Assembly: GCA_023381255.1 (NCBI GenBank)
Contig: JAMCTX010000022.1
Coordinates: 19,302-83,301, forward strand
Length of the DNA: 64,000 bases
Direction of reading: 5' to 3'
From: Nitrososphaerota archaeon
Lineage (GTDB): Archaea; Thermoproteota; Nitrososphaeria; Conexivisphaerales; UBA164
Shown here: piece after piece, positions 62,716-64,000 of the stretch
Position numbering within the stretch: the first letter of the stretch is position 1
How the letters are laid out: each line of letters opens with the position of its first letter
Notes under the pieces: model-generated
What the model saw: the letters and a program-made list of their open reading frames with translations, nothing else
Told to the model about the DNA's origin: nothing
The model's database searches: none
Position numbers and translations under genes: made by a program

Positions 62716-64000
62716 TTACAAAGCATTTTTTATATCATTAGCGTTTAATTTTTCCACTAATTCCCCAACTTCTTTAGGCGGGTCAATATTTTCAGCAAGA
62801 CATTTCACATCCTCAAGGTAAATATGATTACCGCCGTGTTCGTAATGACATATTTTAGCCGCCTCATTAAATTTTGGTTGACTTTCAAGTAATCCTGCAA
62901 TATCATCATGATTATATGTTATAGAATTAATGTTTGCTAATGTATCTGAGTTCTTGCGGTCATTGAATGTTATATATTCTATTCCCCATTTATTAAGAAT
63001 TTCAGCCAAAGAAGGCAAATTGCCTGTACCATTACCTTCTATTAAGAGCCTGTCTGTCATGTCAAAATTCATTCTATTTAACCAAATATTTAAAGCGGCA
63101 ACCTCATGAGGCCCCTCTCCAACTATTACCTGCTTAGCGAACAGCGAATTTATTAAATTATTGCACAACGTGGGGTTATTTTTAAAGTTCTCAAAATCTG
63201 AATAATTAACTGTGAATATTTGTGTGTTGTCGTTCTTAATAACAAAACGGATTATTTTTTTATCATGCTTATAATCAATCATATATGGAGAGTGAGTTAT
63301 AATTATGAATTGGTTATTTTCAGAGTGTTCTTTAATTATTCCCAAAATTTGGGTCTGCATAGTTGGGTGCAAATTTGCCGCCGGTTCATCAAGAAATATT
63401 GTTTTTTCGGTATTCCCGATAATGACTGTCAATAGCATAATTAGTTCAAGGTCACCCGCCGCCAGAAAATCACTTGAATAAATTTTCTTTCTAGTTGTAT
63501 CAATGAAAGATAACCTTGCCTGTGGTTGTTTCACGTCATTAATAAATCGAACATTATATTGGCGCTTGGTTAAACTGTTAAATTTTTCAAAAATGTCATT
63601 GTATATTTTATAATTATTACTGTTACTGCTATTATAAAGTCCGTAAAGTACCTTAATCGCGCGTTCTCCATCAAATTGGCTTAACAGGCTAGTATTACTT
63701 GGCGTGCCACCTTGTTGTAAGCTTATAGTATCTGCAAGAGGAGCACGCGGGTTCTTTAATATCATCATGGATGTAATAAAAAGTCGGGATAAAATACTGA
63801 CCAAGCCCATATTTGATGGAGATTGAGGAGACCATAAAAAGTCATAAATTTGTTTTGAGGTTTCTACAACATCCCTAATATCTACTTGTACGACGTTTTT
63901 CGGTATTTTATTTATTATTTGATTTACTGACATTTCTATATTCTCAACAAAACTTATATCAACGACTGTATTTATTCCCAAAACCATTGTTTTTACATGG
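62716..64000 (-). CDS. OLD-family (ABC-type ATPase + TOPRIM) nuclease-like protein; N-terminus lies outside the window
   Basis: The frame is open to the window edge (…HVKTMVLGIN). Contains LAAGDLELIMLL (signature-like), IFLDEPAANLHP (Walker B), IIITHSP (H-loop), then VIVGEGPHEVAAL and LLIEGNGTGN (TOPRIM-like EG..E / G.G). The Walker A motif is presumably upstream of 64000. Confidence 0.7.
   Translation of the reverse strand, partial: HVKTMVLGINTVVDISFVENIEMSVNQIINKIPKNVVQVDIRDVVETSKQIYDFLWSPQSPSNMGLVSILSRLFITSMMILKNPRAPLADTISLQQGGTPSNTSLLSQFDGERAIKVLYGLYNSSNSNNYKIYNDIFEKFNSLTKRQYNVRFINDVKQPQARLSFIDTTRKKIYSSDFLAAGDLELIMLLTVIIGNTEKTIFLDEPAANLHPTMQTQILGIIKEHSENNQFIIITHSPYMIDYKHDKKIIRFVIKNDNTQIFTVNYSDFENFKNNPTLCNNLINSLFAKQVIVGEGPHEVAALNIWLNRMNFDMTDRLLIEGNGTGNLPSLAEILNKWGIEYITFNDRKNSDTLANINSITYNHDDIAGLLESQPKFNEAAKICHYEHGGNHIYLEDVKCLAENIDPPKEVGELVEKLNANDIKNAL

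Noticed and set aside
1-64000. Scan for CRISPR arrays, rRNA genes and long tandem repeats
   Set aside because: No regularly spaced direct repeats of 24-40 bp, no rRNA-like conserved strings and no long tandem arrays were seen on either strand.

Overview
Densely coding 64-kb archaeal chromosome segment. Gene content suggests an acidophilic Thermoplasmata-like euryarchaeon: LysW-carrier amino-acid synthesis, a sulfocyanin-like cupredoxin, a P3A H+-ATPase, intron-containing tRNA and TATA-like promoters. This placement is inference only. All homology calls come from reading motifs in the supplied translations and sequence; no searches were run.

Backbone:
- 1-7.6 kb: lysW-lysX-lysY-lysZ-lysJ, an Lrp regulator, homocitrate synthase, a second RimK-type ligase and lysK.
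- 7.7-15 kb: MenA-like and UbiX prenyltransferases, plus nucleoside salvage genes (ribose-1,5-bisphosphate isomerase, a PNP/MTAP-type phosphorylase, two MtaD-like deaminase paralogs).
- 19.5-23.3 kb: a copper/redox block with a cupredoxin, three YHS/TRASH modules (two in small ORFs absent from the ORF track) and CopA.
- 26.8-28.5 kb: TusA and a siroheme-type sulfite reductase.
- 30-60 kb: radical SAM/SPASM enzyme, Trm5-like methyltransferase, AMP phosphorylase, MDH, aconitase with a coupled beta-decarboxylating dehydrogenase, GrpE-DnaK-DnaJ, H+-ATPase, IleRS, citrate synthase, MFS transporter, MoeA, M50-like protease, CofD and an ABC ATPase.
- Two tRNA-Ser genes, one with an intron.

Accessory or decaying DNA:
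- An AT-richer block beside tRNA-Ser(TGA) at 15.1-19.5 kb, with an integrase-N-domain chimera and two disrupted genes.
- An IS with perfect 33-bp terminal inverted repeats and a frameshifted transposase.
- An IS630-like remnant fused to a truncated aldo/keto reductase.
- A strongly AT-rich island at 61-64 kb.

Best candidates for something new:
1. 33760-35907: a 715-aa multi-zinc-ribbon protein whose C-terminal half resembles the PolD large subunit (DP2), but with the acidic catalytic motif degenerated.
2. The 61-64 kb island: an OLD-type ATPase/TOPRIM gene, an 81-aa gene and a MazG-like fusion gene in one tight operon, beside an integrase fragment and palindromic repeats. This is a candidate uncharacterised defence module.
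3. The chimeric integrase-N / wHTH / PD-(D/E)xK-like protein at the tRNA-Ser junction.
4. A 437-bp ORF-poor gap carrying RNase P RNA-like sequence strings.

No CRISPR array or rRNA gene was seen.
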